IMG/VR virus record: IMGVR_UViG_2541047798_000006
Direction: 5' to 3' (one strand)
Length of the DNA: 41,828 nucleotides
From: a virus
Taxonomy: Duplodnaviria > Heunggongvirae > Uroviricota > Caudoviricetes
Under the pieces are notes generated by a model. The model saw nothing but the letters and a program-made list of their open reading frames with translations, made no database searches and was not told the DNA's origin. Of the stretch, positions 1 to 9,367 are shown piece after piece (positions within the stretch are counted from its first letter, which is position 1; every line of letters begins with the position of its first letter). The position numbers and the translations under genes were made by a program.

Positions 1-9
1 TTGTCTCCC

Positions 10-291
10 TCACATCCAGCCACGAAGTTGATGTTCAACTACAACCGCGTATTCATCGAATATTGACGATTTTTTTGCATCATTAATGATGCGCACGTTT
101 ACAAAATATCCATCTTCCTTAACACATACCGGTTCGCCATCTTCAGTCAGTTCTCCGGTTTCTTTGTACACGTTACCTATCACGTCAATAAGAATATCAT
201 CCTGCATCGACTCGTCATCATAATAGCCAATGCTATCCATAAAGGCCGAAAAGTCGGCCCTGTCTGCAAATTTGAGTGTTAAATCTTTCAT
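10..291 (-). CDS. Small acidic protein translationally coupled to the tail-fibre gene (possible fibre chaperone/assembly factor; family not recognised)
   Basis: 93-aa ORF. Its ATG overlaps the stf stop (TAATG at 289-293). It sits where lambda has tfa but does not resemble lambda Tfa. Confidence 0.5.
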   Translation of the reverse strand: MKDLTLKFADRADFSAFMDSIGYYDDESMQDDILIDVIGNVYKETGELTEDGEPVCVKEDGYFVNVRIINDAKKSSIFDEYAVVVEHQLRGWM

Positions 292-2663
292 TAGATTGAC
301 TCCCCCATCTGAGCATCAGTCAATGCCTTGTGCCATATTCTGAAATTCCTGACATGACCAAATAAATGACGCAACCCGGCTGTAGTCTGGCCTCCAATAC
401 GGATAATTGCGGAGTTCTGAATATAGGACCATGTGGCTTTCTTTTCGCTGGATATACGCCCGTTACTTACTGAGCACGTAGACTGATCTGACTTTACACG
501 CATCCCCATAACCATTTTTTCAAGCGATGCGTTTTCGTTTACCCGTCTGTTAGCCAAACCTATATCACAATAAGGAAATCCGTCGTAATCTGTTGAACGA
601 CCGAAGCCAAGAATAATAGCCGCTCCGGTTTGATGACCGCCGGTATCAAAAACACGCGGTGCTGCATTTGGCGTTTTATACCAGTTCTTATGTACCTCAC
701 AAAGAACCGTAAAAGGAAGATTATAAAGATTATTCTTAATTGGAACTGTAACTATATCGCTTGCGCGGGTCGCCGCCGTCGCTCCTGATATAATAAAAGA
801 TGATACACAAGGCCCATCTTCTACTTGTGGGGTGGCCAGATAAATATAGTCACCAGATACGGTTGCCCCGCTCTGCTTAGGAGAATACTGTATCTGAGAG
901 CCTATTTTTAACTCCCCATCAATTGCCTGAATTGTTGCCTCTGCAAAAATCCATCCGGTAGCTTCGTCCTTTCTGACTCTCGCTGTAATTCTTGAGGCAG
1001 CACCGCCTGTCATATTAATTTCAAGCGTTTGTGTATCAATATACGCATCACCAAGAAAAGTTGTTGCGCTACCGTCATATTTATCAAACCGGATACGCAA
1101 CCTTACCTGCAGTTCTGTTTTAAAACGACATGAGGTTGTCACGTGTTTATTATCGCCTGAGACATCAACTGACTTTGTTGCAGCAATTGATGCCATATTA
1201 ATGGCTGAGGTTTGCCCAATCAGAGAATCGTTGCAGACAAACTTTCCATAGGTAAAACCAAAATTATCCGTCCCTGTTTCGGGCACATCCATATTTGACG
1301 ATCGCCCCCAACTGGCAGGGCTTTCCGAATTGAGCATGTAGTTTGTTCTTTGCCCCTCAATAAGCAGGCCATCACGTTCAAATCGTGGCTCGTCAATGGC
1401 AGCCTCTGTCAGCACACCAGATTTGTTAATATAGGTTGCTTTCGATGCACGTTTAAACTTAACAATCTTGTCGCCAGGCATCGTTATTTCATCGTCACCA
1501 ATAACAATTTTTTTATATGATGGCGAAAAGCCCGTAATCATATCCAGCGAATCGTTAAATGGTATCCACACATCAGGCAGCGGCTGTAAGACATATTTAT
1601 ACGGCTCCGCAGCCTGGCTTGCGTACTCTCTGGCTGCATCTTCGCTTGCTTTAGCTGCCGTCTGGCTTGCTGCCGATGCTTTCGCTGAGTTCGCAGCCGC
1701 TGTTTCGCTCACCTTTGCGTTGGTTTCACTGGTTTTTGCTGCTTTTTGACTGTTAGCTGATGCAGTAGCAGAAGCAGCCGCCGCGCTTGCAGAACTGGCT
1801 GCGGCACTCTCGCTTTGGGCCGCTGCATCCTGACTGCTTTTCGCCGCAGTTTCACTGGCTTTGGCATTCGTTTCGCTGGTCTTCGCTGCCGTCTGGCTGG
1901 ACTTTGCGTTAGTTTCACTCGTCTTCGCAGCTTTCTGGCTGTTAGCCGCAGCAGTTGCTGATCCAGCTGCTGAAGTCGCAGAACCGGCTGCCGCGCTCTC
2001 GCTTTGGGCTGCTGCAACCTGGCTGTTTTTTGCCGCAGTTTCACTGGCTTTAGCATTCGTTTCGCTGGTCTTCGCTGCCGTCTGGCTGGACTTTGCGTTG
2101 GTTTCGCTCGTCTTTGCGGCTGTCTCGCTATTTTTCGCGTTGGTTTCTGATTTTTTAGCTGCTGTTGCGGAGTTTGCCGATGCAGTCTGCGAGGCCGCTG
2201 CCGCCTGTGCGCTGTTAGCTGCATTCGTTTCTGAGGTTTTCGCCGCGTTCTTCGATGATGCCGCTGCAGTTTCGGATTTCTTTGCCGCCGCTGCGCTCTG
2301 AGAGGCGGCTTCAGCGTTGCGTGCCGCTTCTTCCACCATCTGCTCAAAGCGGCGCAGTGCCTCCGGTCGGACATCATCCTCCGTCATGGCACCGAGAAAA
2401 TCATTCAGCGTACCTGGTCTGGAACCTTCATAGACGGTAATGGTCCCGGCATGTGAAGGCGGAAAACCTTCAACCAGCAGGGTGACGCTGTACTGACCAT
2501 GCTCAACATCCATGCTGTAACGTCCGGCTTCATCCGGATTTTCAGAGGCCACCGTGTTCACCACCACCGTGCTGCTGGTTCGTCTGGCCTTCAGCACAAT
2601 GGTGCAGTTCTGTACTGGTTTTCCTGTGCCATCTTTAAGCACGCCAGAAATTTTTACTGTCAT
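291..2663 (-). CDS. stf: Side tail fibre protein (lambda Stf-like N-terminus, Ala/Ser/Thr-rich repeat shaft, divergent C-terminal receptor-binding part)
   Basis: 790-aa ORF. The N-terminus MTVKISGVLKDGTGKPVQNCTI... matches lambda Stf as recalled. It has AAKTSETNAK-type repeats and follows lom plus a terminator, as in lambda. Confidence 0.85.
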   Translation of the reverse strand: MTVKISGVLKDGTGKPVQNCTIVLKARRTSSTVVVNTVASENPDEAGRYSMDVEHGQYSVTLLVEGFPPSHAGTITVYEGSRPGTLNDFLGAMTEDDVRPEALRRFEQMVEEAARNAEAASQSAAAAKKSETAAASSKNAAKTSETNAANSAQAAAASQTASANSATAAKKSETNAKNSETAAKTSETNAKSSQTAAKTSETNAKASETAAKNSQVAAAQSESAAAGSATSAAGSATAAANSQKAAKTSETNAKSSQTAAKTSETNAKASETAAKSSQDAAAQSESAAASSASAAAASATASANSQKAAKTSETNAKVSETAAANSAKASAASQTAAKASEDAAREYASQAAEPYKYVLQPLPDVWIPFNDSLDMITGFSPSYKKIVIGDDEITMPGDKIVKFKRASKATYINKSGVLTEAAIDEPRFERDGLLIEGQRTNYMLNSESPASWGRSSNMDVPETGTDNFGFTYGKFVCNDSLIGQTSAINMASIAATKSVDVSGDNKHVTTSCRFKTELQVRLRIRFDKYDGSATTFLGDAYIDTQTLEINMTGGAASRITARVRKDEATGWIFAEATIQAIDGELKIGSQIQYSPKQSGATVSGDYIYLATPQVEDGPCVSSFIISGATAATRASDIVTVPIKNNLYNLPFTVLCEVHKNWYKTPNAAPRVFDTGGHQTGAAIILGFGRSTDYDGFPYCDIGLANRRVNENASLEKMVMGMRVKSDQSTCSVSNGRISSEKKATWSYIQNSAIIRIGGQTTAGLRHLFGHVRNFRIWHKALTDAQMGESI
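1695..2120 (-). repeat. Tandem 189-bp (63-codon) in-frame repeats inside stf, two full copies plus a partial third
   Basis: tcactggctt recurs at 1852 and 2041 (period 189). The protein units AAKTSETNAKSSQTAAKTSETNAKASETAAK...SQK are repeated at aa 182-244, 245-307 and 308-323. Confidence 0.75.
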
Positions 2664-2676
2664 ACTTTTCCACCAA

Positions 2677-2710
2677 TAAAAAAAGCCCGCAGCAGTGACG
2701 CCACGGGCTT
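2677..2710 (-). terminator. Rho-independent terminator after lom
   Basis: Minus-strand stem AAGCCCG/CGGGCTT (2704-2710 with 2683-2689) followed by a T-run (plus-strand A-run 2678-2684). Confidence 0.65.
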
Positions 2711-2814
2711 CAGGACAGTGTAACTTTACGTTTCCTCAAACGCAGTTCACCCCATAAGGTGGATGAACCTGCGTATCATAACAATATTTACAGAAGATAA
2801 ATCGGCGTCTGTTG

Positions 2815-3414
2815 TCAGAAACGGTATCCGATACCAACAATAAATGCATCCGTTCGCCAGTCGCCACTGCCGGAGCCTTCATAAGCAATATCAATGGCCA
2901 CGGATTCGGTCGGGTTAAACTGCACGCCAGCCCCCCACGCCAGAGACGTGTTGCTGTGGCGACCGTCATCACTTCCGGTCAGCACATCGTGCGTTTTCCC
3001 CGTATTGTCGGTCACCTGCAGATAATCCCCGGAGAAAGTCGACACACGGCTGTAAGCCACACCCGCCATCGCATACGCGCTGAACCATTCATTCACGCGC
3101 ACAGACGGCCCCGCCATCACGCTGAACCAGCGGTTACGCACGGAATCTTCATGCCAGCGGGTATCGCTGTAATGCGTTTTTTGCTCATCTTCAGCGTTGG
3201 CATAACTGAATGACGTAATCAGCCCCAGCGTGTCCGTAAACTCATAACGGTATTTCACGTTAATCCCGTTCAGATTATCGCTGCCGGGAGCGTTCGTACG
3301 GGCATGAAGATACCCTGCGCTCAGTGTGGCCTGCTGCTCAGACGCCCATGCAGGCGCACCGGATACGGCCAGACAGATGGCTGCGGACAAAATGGCTGCA
3401 CAAACTTTACGCAT
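2815..3414 (-). CDS. lom: Lom outer-membrane protein (Ail/Lom family)
   Basis: 199-aa ORF with signal peptide [24 protein letters not shown] and a beta-barrel-type C-terminus ...VGIGYRF. Same position as lambda lom. Confidence 0.9.
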   Translation of the reverse strand: MRKVCAAILSAAICLAVSGAPAWASEQQATLSAGYLHARTNAPGSDNLNGINVKYRYEFTDTLGLITSFSYANAEDEQKTHYSDTRWHEDSVRNRWFSVMAGPSVRVNEWFSAYAMAGVAYSRVSTFSGDYLQVTDNTGKTHDVLTGSDDGRHSNTSLAWGAGVQFNPTESVAIDIAYEGSGSGDWRTDAFIVGIGYRF

Positions 3415-3437
3415 AATTACCTCTCGCTTTTCTGCAA

Positions 3438-3462
3438 TAAAAAAGGCACCATTTCTGGTGCC
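3438..3462 (-). terminator. Terminator-like hairpin after J
   Basis: Minus-strand stem GGCACC/GGTGCC followed by TTTTTT (plus-strand A-run 3439-3444). Confidence 0.55.
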
Positions 3463-3481
3463 CGTATCTGGGTTATAAAAT

Positions 3482-6400
3482 TCAGCTAATCGTGATGCCT
3501 GTAGTGGCTTTCTTCATCACCACAACCAGCAAATCGCTGATACTTGCTGTGGGATACCAGTTATTTACCAGCCATGCTGACACCGAAAACTCCAGTGTCA
3601 TGTGACCGTGACCGGCAGGCATATCAATAACGCCACTGTAAATCAGCGTATTATCCAGCGCGGTACGGTTATAAATTTCAGCACCGTTTTTCCGCACTAT
3701 CAGACGGCATGAGGAGTAAATATCAGTATGCTCTTTCTCATGTTTAGCGCCGCTGAATGCCACCGCCGGAATAACAATCTGCCGGTCAAACGGCTGATCG
3801 TCATAAACCCTGACGGTAATGGTTCCTGATGGCCACCGCTCCGGTGCACGGGAGTCCCGGGGGAAAGCTTTGCCCACTGTTTTAACGAGATCGCCTTCAA
3901 TCTGGTTCGCGGACAATTTTCCCAGAACCCGACAGTTCTCGTTAATCGTGACGTTGTTGAGCGTCCCGGAGTTCGCATTCACGTTACCGCTGATATCGGC
4001 ATTTTTCGCCGTCAGCCGCCCGTCCGGTGTCAGGGAAAATGCCGGAGGATTACCGCCGCTGGTAATGGTGGGGGCCGTCAGGCGTTTCAGGAACACTTCA
4101 TTCATGAATATCTGATCGCCCTGACCAACAAACATCGGCTTTGTGTTGCCATTCGCAGGATTAATCATCGCAATCCTGTCTGCTGCCAGCAGCACCTGAC
4201 TCTGCATGCCGTCAGGGGTGTTCTCAATACCGGCACCGATACCCGCAATATAAAGGCGTCCGTCCTGCATCTGCTGCAGCTTCACTGCCCACATGCTGTT
4301 CAGGTTATTATTTGTATCAACCTGAACCTTCTGTATCTGCTGGATCGCTGCACTCTGGTCTTCCAGTTTCTTATTGACGGTCTGTGTTATTTCATTGCTG
4401 ACATCCGTTATGGACGTCCTGATTTCAGTCAGGTCAGGCGCAAGCTGACCGTTATCAATCTGCGTCCACAGCTCCTGAGCCAGATGGGTTTTCCCTATCT
4501 CGCCTTTGAAAAAATCCAGATAGCCTGATGCATCATCACTCGGCTGACCGACAGCCTCCACGAATGCCGATTTGCCAACGGTGTTCACACTGCGAACGTA
4601 AAAATAATAATCATGGCCCGGTTTGATATTGATACTGGCGGCTATCCAGTACAGTGCCGTACCAAGATAACGCGCGCTGGTTTCAACCTGCCTGATATCC
4701 GCAATCCGTTTTTCCGAGAACCAGAACTCAAACTGTACCGTCGGATCATAAACCGCAAGATGCGGCGTGGCGGTTATCTGAAAATAGCCCGGCGTCAGCT
4801 CAATCCGCGACGGTGCTGCCGGTGCGGCAATCCGGAATGATACCGACGCCGGATCACCCTGCTGCCCCCAGGCATTTACCGCCCTGACTGTCAGCCTGTA
4901 GTTTCCCAGCGCCAGTTGCCTGAAGCGGTATGTGGTTTCCGTCGTCCGGGCCGTGCTGACCAGCCGCTCACTGCCGTCATCCGCTGCCACGGTCAGGCGA
5001 AGCATAAAGCTCACCCCCTTCACCACCTTCGGCGTATCCCAGCGCGCCAGCACCTGGTATTCCCCGCTGTCTGCGGTGACTTCTGCGGTCAGGTGCTGCA
5101 CTGCTGGCGGCGTGACACCGTTCACCGTTCCGCTCTGGTCGCCGTCAAAGTGCGCCCCGTTATCCACGATGGCTTCTTTCTCCGGCACATGCTGCACGGC
5201 AGTGATGGCATACGTGCCGTCATCGTTCTCACGGATACTCACACAGCGGAACAGGCGCTGGCGCAGCGTCGGCAGCTTCAGCCCCCATACGCTGTATTCG
5301 GCAACACCGTCAGGAACACGGCTCACTTTTACCTTCACGCCGTCGGTGACGGACTGAACCTCCACGCTGACCGGATTGCCACTTCCGTCAACCAGGCTTA
5401 TCAGCGTGGTACCGGAGGATGGCAGCGTGATTTCACGGTCGAGCGTCAGTGTCCGCGTCTGGCTGTTCACCGCCAGCACGCGCCCGCCGATGCTGATACC
5501 CGCATAGTCATCATCACAGATTTCAATGACATCGCCCGGTACATGGCGAAGCCCTTCTGCACCCACGCTGAAGTCCACGGTCTGCGTTTCCAGCAGCTCC
5601 GTTTTAATCAGCCACAGCCCGGCGCGGTGTGCCTGCCCCCGGCTGGTACAGCCAAAGGCATCCATCTTCGTGACGTTACGACCGTAACGGAGAATGGCCT
5701 GCGTATCTTCAACAAGCTCTGTCGCCGTCTCCCAGCCGTTATTCGGGTCAATCCAGTTCACCTCAACGGCATTATGGCGGTCCTTCAGGGCGCTGAAGCT
5801 GTAGCGGAACGGCGCGCCATCATCCGGCATCACCACATTACTGCGGTTATAGGTCCACACCTTATCCGACGGTCGGTCCTGCACGAACGTCAGCGTCTGC
5901 CCGTTCCATACCGGCATACAGCGCATCGCCGAGCAGAAATCACTGAGAACATCCCACGCCTTACGCTGTGTGGTCAGGTAGGCATTACAGGTGATGCGCG
6001 GCTCCGTGCCACCAAAGCCATCCGGCACTGACTGATCGCAATACTGGCCGATGACATACAGCGCCCATTTGTCCACATCCGCCGCACCAAGACGTTTCCC
6101 CATGCCGTAGCGCGGGTGGGTCAGCATATCCCACAGACACCAGGCCATGTTGTTGCTGTATGCCGGTTTAAACGTCCCGTCCCAGATACCGCTGTATTGC
6201 CGCGTCTGCGGGTTATAGTTCGATGGCACCTGCAGAATGCGCCCGCGAAGATGATAATTACGGCTCACCTGCTGGCTGCCGAACTGTTCCGAGTCCACCT
6301 GCACGCCGACCAGTGCCGTGTTCGGGTAGCACTGTTTCACATCGATGATTTCAGTGTATGACGACCAGAGCGTTTTGTTCTGCAGCTGGTCTGTGGTGCT

Positions 6401-6961
6401 GTCCGGCGTCATCCTGCGCATCCGGATATTGAACGGTCGCGGCGGCAGGTTATCCACCACCACCGAGGCCAGATACTGCGACGTGGTTTTGCCCTTAATG
6501 GTGATGTCTTTTTCCGTCACCCAGCCACCGTTACGTTGTATCTGAACCAGCAGGCGGACTTCCGACGGATTCCGGTCACCCTTTGAGGTGGTTTCCACCA
6601 GTGCCTGCACACCGAAGGTAAAGCGCAGACGGTCGATGTTTGCAGACGTGATGGTCCGGGTGATCGGCGTGTCGTATTTCACTTCCGTACCCAGCACCGT
6701 CTCGGAACCGGAGGATTCAAATCCCTCCGGCGGTGTCTGCTCCTGCTCACCTGCCCGGAACACCACCGTGACACCGGAGATGTTGGTATTCCCCTCACTG
6801 TCCAGCACCGGTGTACTGTTCAGCAGCACGCTTTTTAATCCATCCACCGGACCTTCAACCGGCCCTTCGCTGATGGCATCGATCACACTCAGCAACTGCG
6901 TGGACTTCAGGTTGTCCTTCGCTTCGCGCGGGGTATGCCCCTTACTGCTTCCTTTACCCAT
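3482..6961 (-). CDS. J: Central tail fibre / host-specificity protein J
   Basis: 1159-aa [24 protein letters not shown]... collinear with lambda J. It follows I. Confidence 0.95.
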   Translation of the reverse strand: MGKGSSKGHTPREAKDNLKSTQLLSVIDAISEGPVEGPVDGLKSVLLNSTPVLDSEGNTNISGVTVVFRAGEQEQTPPEGFESSGSETVLGTEVKYDTPITRTITSANIDRLRFTFGVQALVETTSKGDRNPSEVRLLVQIQRNGGWVTEKDITIKGKTTSQYLASVVVDNLPPRPFNIRMRRMTPDSTTDQLQNKTLWSSYTEIIDVKQCYPNTALVGVQVDSEQFGSQQVSRNYHLRGRILQVPSNYNPQTRQYSGIWDGTFKPAYSNNMAWCLWDMLTHPRYGMGKRLGAADVDKWALYVIGQYCDQSVPDGFGGTEPRITCNAYLTTQRKAWDVLSDFCSAMRCMPVWNGQTLTFVQDRPSDKVWTYNRSNVVMPDDGAPFRYSFSALKDRHNAVEVNWIDPNNGWETATELVEDTQAILRYGRNVTKMDAFGCTSRGQAHRAGLWLIKTELLETQTVDFSVGAEGLRHVPGDVIEICDDDYAGISIGGRVLAVNSQTRTLTLDREITLPSSGTTLISLVDGSGNPVSVEVQSVTDGVKVKVSRVPDGVAEYSVWGLKLPTLRQRLFRCVSIRENDDGTYAITAVQHVPEKEAIVDNGAHFDGDQSGTVNGVTPPAVQHLTAEVTADSGEYQVLARWDTPKVVKGVSFMLRLTVAADDGSERLVSTARTTETTYRFRQLALGNYRLTVRAVNAWGQQGDPASVSFRIAAPAAPSRIELTPGYFQITATPHLAVYDPTVQFEFWFSEKRIADIRQVETSARYLGTALYWIAASINIKPGHDYYFYVRSVNTVGKSAFVEAVGQPSDDASGYLDFFKGEIGKTHLAQELWTQIDNGQLAPDLTEIRTSITDVSNEITQTVNKKLEDQSAAIQQIQKVQVDTNNNLNSMWAVKLQQMQDGRLYIAGIGAGIENTPDGMQSQVLLAADRIAMINPANGNTKPMFVGQGDQIFMNEVFLKRLTAPTITSGGNPPAFSLTPDGRLTAKNADISGNVNANSGTLNNVTINENCRVLGKLSANQIEGDLVKTVGKAFPRDSRAPERWPSGTITVRVYDDQPFDRQIVIPAVAFSGAKHEKEHTDIYSSCRLIVRKNGAEIYNRTALDNTLIYSGVIDMPAGHGHMTLEFSVSAWLVNNWYPTASISDLLVVVMKKATTGITIS

Positions 6962-6983
6962 TCCTCACGCTCCATAAATGACA

Positions 6984-7003
6984 AAACCGCCCGCAGGCGG
7001 TTT
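6984..7003 (-). other. Conserved I-J intergenic hairpin (terminator-like)
   Basis: AAACCGCC-CGCA-GGCGGTTT palindrome followed on the minus strand by TTTTGTCATTT. The same element is in lambda as I recall. Confidence 0.4.
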
Positions 7004-7021
7004 CACATAAAACATTTTGCA

Positions 7022-7693
7022 TCAGCGACCAATCACCACAACCTGACCACCGTCCCCTTCGTCTGCCGTGCTGATCTCCTGAGAAACCACGCGTGACCCC
7101 ACGCGCATTTCCCCGTACAGAACAGGCAGAACATTGCCCTGGGCAACCATGTTATCCAGTGAGGAGAAATAGGTGTTCTGCTTACCGTTATCCGTTGTCT
7201 GTGTACGGGGAGTTCTGGCTTTCGGTGCCAGCATCTGCGCCACACCACCGAGCACCATACTGGCACCGAGAGAAAACAGGATGCCGGTCATACCACCGGC
7301 CCCAATGGCTGCCCCCCATGCTGCAAGGGTGGCTCCGGCGGTAAAGAATGATCCGGCAATGGCGGCAGCCCCCAGGACAATCTGGAATACGCCACCTGAC
7401 TTGGCCCCGGCGACTCTGGGAACAATATGAATCACAGCGCCATCAGGCAGAGTCTCATGTAACTGCGCCGTTAACCCGGACGTGCTGACGTACCGCCCGG
7501 CAATCCGTACCTGATACCAGCCGTCGCTCAGTTTCTGACGAAACGCAGGGAGCTGTGTGGCCAGCGCCCGGATGGCTTCGGCCCCCGTTTTCACACGAAG
7601 GTCGATGCGGCGGCCAAATCGTTGTAAATCCCCGTAAAGGCAGATGCGTGCCATGCCCGGTGACGCCAGAGGGAGTGTGTGCGTCGCTGCCAT
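7022..7693 (-). CDS. I: Tail assembly protein I
   Basis: 223-aa ORF MAATHTLPLASPGMARICLYGDLQRFGRR... matching lambda gpI, with a Gly/Ala-rich hydrophobic middle. Confidence 0.9.
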   Translation of the reverse strand: MAATHTLPLASPGMARICLYGDLQRFGRRIDLRVKTGAEAIRALATQLPAFRQKLSDGWYQVRIAGRYVSTSGLTAQLHETLPDGAVIHIVPRVAGAKSGGVFQIVLGAAAIAGSFFTAGATLAAWGAAIGAGGMTGILFSLGASMVLGGVAQMLAPKARTPRTQTTDNGKQNTYFSSLDNMVAQGNVLPVLYGEMRVGSRVVSQEISTADEGDGGQVVVIGR

Positions 7694-8334
7694 TTGTCGG
7701 TATACCTCTCTCGTTTGCTCAGTTGTTCAGGAATATGGTGCAGCAGCTCGCCGTCACCACAGTAAATGGCGGCATGATTCGGCACAGATGAACCAAAACA
7801 GCACAGCAGCACATCGCCCGGCTGCGCCGCTGACAGCGGCACCTGATACAGCCCTGCGGCCTCCAGATTATCCAGATAGAGATTCTGACCGTTACGCCAC
7901 CAGTCATCCTCACGATGAAAATCCGGCATCTCAATCCCCGCCAGATGGTAAGCATCCCGGAACAGCGTGTAACAGTCCGTCACCCCGTGCTCAAAGAGCC
8001 GCCCGGTGAGATGCGGCACACAGCGGAATTTATGAATCGCCCCCCGGCAGACCAGCCACCACGGCAAATCACTCTGCACCTGCAACCGCCGGTCGGCCTC
8101 ACTCAGCCAGGGCAGACCACCGGGATGGCTGTGCACCAGCGCCACAATCTCACCCTGCATTTCTGCCCGCAGCCAGTCCTCCGGCGACATCCGGAAATAC
8201 GCCTCCGGCTCACCGGAGATATTTACGCAGGGAAGATATCTGTCTCCCTCCGGCGTTCTCACCACAAAGCCGCACGACTCCGCTGGCGCACATCGCCGGG
8301 CGTGCGCCAGAATCGCTGATTCTGTCTCTGTCAT
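7591..8334 (-). CDS. K: Tail tip assembly protein K (MPN/JAB + NlpC/P60-like)
   Basis: 247-aa ORF starting 5 nt after L. It has an HSHP metalloprotease-type motif, matches lambda gpK, and its 3' end overlaps I by about 100 nt. Confidence 0.9.
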   Translation of the reverse strand: MTETESAILAHARRCAPAESCGFVVRTPEGDRYLPCVNISGEPEAYFRMSPEDWLRAEMQGEIVALVHSHPGGLPWLSEADRRLQVQSDLPWWLVCRGAIHKFRCVPHLTGRLFEHGVTDCYTLFRDAYHLAGIEMPDFHREDDWWRNGQNLYLDNLEAAGLYQVPLSAAQPGDVLLCCFGSSVPNHAAIYCGDGELLHHIPEQLSKRERYTDKWQRRTHSLWRHRAWHASAFTGIYNDLAAASTFV

Positions 8335-8339
8335 GGGAT

Positions 8340-9038
8340 TTACTGCGAAAGTTTGTCAATGGAAAGGAAGCCGCCAAAGTTGCCGACGTTATTGCGAAAC
8401 TTACAGCCACTCAGGCATTTGCTGCATTTATCCTTCGTGATATCGGTTGTCGGCTGGTCATATTCATCCGCGACAGCCGGACCGTGATAACCGCACTCAT
8501 CACCGCGATAGGTCCAGGTGCAGGTGTTGGCCAGCATGATACGTCCCGGAAAAACAGCGCCATCCGTTTCCGTCGGCGTGGACAGTACAAAGGAGGCACT
8601 GACCGCGCTCAGTTCGCTGCACTGCTCGATGCGCCAGCGGCTGATCACCTCCTGCTCCGGATCGGCGTCGCTGTTTCCGTTGACGAAGTTCACCGCATCC
8701 AGAAAACGGGCATAAACCTTACGCCTGACCACCGTTCCGCCGACCAGACTCTGCAGGTCTTCCGCCATCCCGGTGACCATACCGTACAGGTTAGAAACCG
8801 TCAGCGTGGGGCGCGTACTGGTACCTTTGCCATTCAGTTCGAAACCACTCCCCTGAATGGGATACGCCTGATACTGTCGCCCCTGCCAGGTGACCGGCTC
8901 ACCTTTTTCGTTCTGCTCATTACAGAAAAAATAACGTTCTCCACCAACCTCTGTCAGATCGATTTCCCAGAGCACCACGCAGGCAGACTGCTCCGCACGG
9001 GTGCATTCATTCAGTGTTTCCTGTCGGATATCCTGCAT
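8340..9038 (-). CDS. L: Tail tip protein L
   Basis: 232-aa ORF MQDIRQETLNECTRAEQSA... matching lambda gpL. The ATGA-type junction with M is at 9038. Confidence 0.9.
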   Translation of the reverse strand: MQDIRQETLNECTRAEQSACVVLWEIDLTEVGGERYFFCNEQNEKGEPVTWQGRQYQAYPIQGSGFELNGKGTSTRPTLTVSNLYGMVTGMAEDLQSLVGGTVVRRKVYARFLDAVNFVNGNSDADPEQEVISRWRIEQCSELSAVSASFVLSTPTETDGAVFPGRIMLANTCTWTYRGDECGYHGPAVADEYDQPTTDITKDKCSKCLSGCKFRNNVGNFGGFLSIDKLSQ

Positions 9039-9367
9039 CAGTTCACCACCTGTTCAAACTCTGCGCTGAACTCAACACGCAACATACTGACCCGCGACGA
9101 CCATTTTGCGCAGGTCACCTTTATCTGCCGCCAGTCATAAGGCGGCGTCCACAGAAAGGCTTTCCAGCCTCCGTGCTCTGCCAGAAACGATTCCAACGCC
9201 GTGGCCTCCCAACGGGGGACAGAAATCGTCACGCTGTACGTTTTCAGGTTGGCATTCAGCCCGGCAGGCGCGCGCTGGGAATAGCCATCACCAAAGCGCA
9301 CCTTCCTGACGGAAGGAGCCGAAGCCACATCCATACCGGGTTTCACTTTCCAGCGGAAGGTTTTCAT
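9038..9367 (-). CDS. M: Tail tip protein M
   Basis: 109-aa ORF MKTFRWKVKPGMDVASAPSVRKVRFGDGYSQ... matching lambda gpM. Confidence 0.9.
   Translation of the reverse strand: MKTFRWKVKPGMDVASAPSVRKVRFGDGYSQRAPAGLNANLKTYSVTISVPRWEATALESFLAEHGGWKAFLWTPPYDWRQIKVTCAKWSSRVSMLRVEFSAEFEQVVN

Noticed and set aside
1468-2440. Long ORFs in other frames or on the other strand across the stf repeat region (1468-1749 +, 1709-2377 -, 1861-2301 +, 2255-2440 +)
   Set aside because: They are low-complexity translations (Ala/Leu/Phe- or Arg/Gln/Pro-rich) of the 189-bp repeat DNA. They lie entirely inside the well-supported stf frame and have no SD sequences.
2736-3489. ORFs 2736-2972 -, 2812-3213 + and 3304-3489 + around lom
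   Set aside because: They overlap lom, which has a clear signal peptide and OMP pattern, or its terminator. They lack start-site signals.
4916-6031. 371-aa plus-strand ORF (and 4932-5357) antisense to J
   Set aside because: It is a GC-rich antisense frame of a gene that matches lambda J throughout. The composition is Arg/His/Ala-rich, and there is no ribosome-binding site or gene context.
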